Assembly (NCBI GenBank): GCA_963745075.1 | Contig: CAVUWV010000024.1 | Location: 64,001-128,000 of the forward strand | Length of the DNA stretch: 64,000 nt | Reading direction: 5' to 3' | DNA from: Candidatus Hydrogenedentota bacterium | GTDB taxonomy: Bacteria > Hydrogenedentota > Hydrogenedentia > Hydrogenedentales > SLHB01 | Shown here: one piece after another, positions 61,018 through 64,000 of the stretch | Layout of the letters: every line of letters begins with the position of its first letter | Position numbering within the stretch: position 1 is the first letter of the stretch | The notes under the pieces: generated by a model | Databases searched by the model: none | Told to the model about the DNA's origin: nothing | What the model saw: only the letters and a program-made list of their open reading frames with translations | Made by a program: the position numbers and the translations under genes

Positions 61018-62872
61018 ATGATAGGTCTGTCCTTTCTTAAGAAGCGTCTCACGCGATTTCAGGGAATCCGAAGCGCCATCGCAATCGCCGTCATTGCGTT
61101 CCTACTCACCGCCACCTCCTTGCTCGTCGGGCGCGTTACGGACGACTACTACTGGGGGGCCGTGTTCGTCGGTTCGCCAGGACTGCCAGAAATCGACAAT
61201 GCGACCTTTGACACCTTCTCCTTCGGCAAGGGGACGCCCGAAGAGCACGAAGCCTATCTCGCCCGGGGGCTTGTCCCCTGGTGGTCCGACCCCGCATGGA
61301 AGATTTCCTTTTGGCGTCCCGTCGCCTCGTTGAGTCACTACGTCGATTTCACCCTCTGGCCAAACCAGACATGGTTGATGCATCTCCACAGCATGCTGCT
61401 TTACGGAATTCTGGCCTTCGCCGTGACCCGGCTCTACCAACGGCACCTGTCTCCGCCATGGGTGGCCGGTCTCGCCGGCCTCCTGTTCGCGGTCGATTCC
61501 GCGCACGGCCTTTCCGTGAGTTGGCTGTCCAACCGCAATGCCATACTCTCCGCCATGTTCGCCGTGTTCGTTCTTCTCGCCCACGACAGTTGGCGCCGGA
61601 GGATGAAGCGTTCCCGCGCGGTTCTGGCCGGCCTGATGCTCATCCTTGGTTTGTGGTCCGGCGAAGGCGCCGTTGCGGTCGCTGGCTACCTTTTCGCCTA
61701 CGCCTGCTTCATCGAAAAGGGCTCGTGGAAGGCCCGGCTGGCGTCATTGGCGCCGTATGCGATCATCATCCTGATTTGGCGCGGCCTCTATTCCGCCCGC
61801 GGCTACGGCGTCACCGCCTCCAGTTTCTACACCGATCCCGTCTCCGATCCGGCGGGTTTCGTCATTGCTCTCATCAAGTTCTTTCCAGTATTGCTCTATT
61901 CCCAGTTCGCCTTCCCGGACCCCATCTACCATACGCTTCTCCCGCCCCTTTGGACGGGGATGTATATCACCTTTTGCGCCGGCGTCGCCGCCCTTCTCAC
62001 GTGGTTGTTCTGGCCGCTCCTTCGCCAAAGCGACGCCGCGCGGTTCTACGCGGGAGGCATGGCCATGTGCGCCATCCCATACTGCTCGTCCGTTCCCCAG
62101 TACCGCCTGCTTATGCTCGTGGGCATCGGCGGAATGGGGTTGCTCGGCGCGTTTCTGGGTGGCGTTGCCGACCGGGAATCGTGGTTCATTGCCGGATCGC
62201 GTTCGCGTTTGTCTCTACGCCTAACGGCGGGGTTCCTCGTCGTACTCCACCTGATTGTTTCTCCGATCATGCTGCCGGCCAACGCCTACTCCATGCACTA
62301 CGTCGGCGAAATTGTCGATGTCAACAACAATACGCTTCCCAAGGACAAGGATCTTTCCGACGACCGGCTCATCATTCTTAACGCCACCGGGGACATCATG
62401 TACGCGATGCTGCCCCTGATGCGCTCGGCACTCGGCCAGCCCATCCCGCGGTCCATGTGGGTTCTGTACAGTGGCAACCGCAAAATCATCGTACACCGGC
62501 CTTCGATTGATACGCTCGAACTCTCCATTCCAGACGGCTGGATGGAATACCCCTGGTCGTTTTTCTTCTGCCGATTGCCCGAATCGGCGATGAGCGCAGG
62601 GCAGATCATCGATACCGATGGACTCCGCGTCACCGTTCTCGGTGTGAACAAAGACGGAACGTCCCATCCATGTCCGATTCCAATTCGATCGCCCCCTCGA
62701 GGACCCGTCCATGCGTTGGTATACGTGGAGAGACGGCGGCTATCGCCCCTTCGAATTGCCGCCAGTAGGTAAGACCACCATTATTCCCGAACTCCCACTC
62801 TCAACTGCCATTCAGCAGATTGTCTCATCGCAGCTCAAACTGTGGCTTTCTTTCCTTCAAACCTCTTCGTAA
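61018..62872 (+). CDS. Polytopic membrane protein, possible GT-C fold glycosyltransferase; +1 frameshift at ~62658
   Basis: DDY after TM1, FWRPVASLSH loop, about 10-12 TM segments. Corrected C-terminus GRPIHVRFQFDRPLEDPS...PPVG... ends at TAA 62870-62872. Confidence 0.6.
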
Positions 62873-63140
62873 AGATCCCCCAAGTTCACTGTTGTGACTT
62901 CGACCGGGATTCTGGGCCATTCTACAGCCACTTCCAGTCCGTACTTTTCGGCCATGGATTTGATTCAAGCGCCTCTGCCGTGTTACCATCTTTCGAGTTT
63001 TGAGGGAAATTATTGACGAGAATTCGGAATAAGATGCAGCCATTTCGTCCCTCATTAAACCGATTCTACCTCGTTCGCCATGGCTTTACTCCACAAGATA
63101 TTGTATACTGTCCGACGTAGAGCCCCCTCATAACGTAGAA

Positions 63141-63171
63141 TTGTAACGGCGGGCATCCAATAAAGTATAAT
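63141..63171 (+). promoter_or_regulatory. Candidate promoter for the FAAL operon
   Basis: Perfect TATAAT at 63166-63171 in an AT-rich gap; TTGTAA with a long 19-nt spacer. Confidence 0.4.
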
Positions 63172-63520
63172 TTAGGATACGGATCATGGAGTCTAACGCG
63201 TCTTTTCCTCAGCGTTTGGCACGCCAGGACAACGCGCACATCATGCCCGCAATTGAGCAGTCACATTCGAGTGGGCGGGGGGCTCTTCAACGGATATATC
63301 TTAAGCTATCAGTTGCAGTTACACGTAGGGTAAGACGAGCGGGCGGTGGCGGCACACTACGGGGAATCTGAGAGGGTTTCGCACGGCGGAAACCCTCTGA
63401 AACGGACGGTGGTCTGATGAGGTACCGCCGGTGTGTGTATATCTTCGTGGGATCGACTAGTTCACTTGTGGCCAGGATTCCCTGGCGACGCCCTATTCGT
63501 CGAATTGGGAGAATCTTCCC

Positions 63521-64000
63521 CTGAGTAAGTCACAGAATTTTATCGATGTCGTTCGAGAACGGGCGGTGAGTGATCCGGATCGGGTCGTCATTGGCTTTAT
63601 TGGCGAAAGTGATCCTTCAAGCCCGCTCCTCACCTACCACACCCTGGATTCGCGCGTTCGCGCGATTGCTTCTTATCTGCAATCCGTCAGCAAACCCGGG
63701 GATCGCGCACTGCTGTTCTTTCCTCCCGGCAATGATTTTAGCATCGCGTTTTACGCCTGTCTTTATGCCGGTATCGTCGCGGTGCCCGCCTATCCTCCGC
63801 GACCGGGCCGTACCCTCGGCCGTTTACTGGCCATGTTTTCGGACGCCGAAGCTTCGGTGGTGTTGACCCGCAGTGAACATCTCAACGGCGCTAAGGCCCT
63901 CTTAGCCAATCACCCCGCGTTGGCCGGCCTACACTGGGTGGCGACGGATACGTGTGCGTCCGATCCGGACGCGTGGCGTCATCCCGATACGACGTCGCAA
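63521..64000 (+). CDS. Fatty acyl-AMP ligase (FAAL) N-terminus, 3'-truncated by the window edge; probable CTG start
   Basis: Frame open from 63461 to the window end: NFIDVVRERA..DPDR...LTY..LD.R.RAIA..LQ...PGDRALLFFPPG.DF..AFYACLYAGIVAVPAYPP...HW.ATD. Not in the ORF track because it has no stop in the window. Confidence 0.85.
   Translation, partial: MSKSQNFIDVVRERAVSDPDRVVIGFIGESDPSSPLLTYHTLDSRVRAIASYLQSVSKPGDRALLFFPPGNDFSIAFYACLYAGIVAVPAYPPRPGRTLGRLLAMFSDAEASVVLTRSEHLNGAKALLANHPALAGLHWVATDTCASDPDAWRHPDTTSQ

Noticed and set aside
63186..63371. 61-aa ORF in the FAAL upstream region
   Set aside because: Lies in AT-rich regulatory-looking DNA with no motif or supportive codon pattern; a leader peptide cannot be excluded but is unsupported.
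63385..63432. Hammerhead ribozyme suggested by CTGATGA and two GAAAC motifs
   Set aside because: Stems I and II cannot both be formed in any topology I tried, and the would-be cleavage triplet is GUG.

Overview
GC-rich bacterial window, almost entirely chromosomal housekeeping genes and carbohydrate/sulfate-metabolism genes. The repertoire (Tat-exported Gfo/Idh/MocA dehydrogenases, sulfatase, DUF1080 modules, ThuA, HEAT protein) is typical of Planctomycetota/Hydrogenedentota-like organisms; this is inference, as no marker gene places it. Recognisable genes: tRNA-Pro(UGG), aroB, sat, ltaE, mnmG, pruA, serC, tspO, prpD, and the start of a fatty acyl-AMP ligase at the right edge. I found no CRISPR array, rRNA, integrase, transposase or phage genes. 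At least eight single-base frame breaks interrupt otherwise intact genes, mostly in short homopolymers, which points to uncorrected sequencing indels rather than real pseudogenes. Best candidate for an undescribed system: sat directly coupled to a COG3379-type alkaline-phosphatase-superfamily gene, followed by a P-loop-less APS-kinase-like protein, a GT4, an M24-fold protein lacking most metal ligands, and a ROK kinase. Other notable items: a 168-bp MITE with TAA target duplication containing a REP doublet; two REP families (one with a compensatory base-pair change); 9-bp GTCC-N5 arrays, one of which appears to encode a signal peptide; an unannotated 33-aa amphipathic peptide gene; a serine-hydrolase/lectin/PL11-like fusion; and a long structured leader plus probable CTG start ahead of the FAAL. 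All family assignments come from motif recognition by eye; no database search was run.
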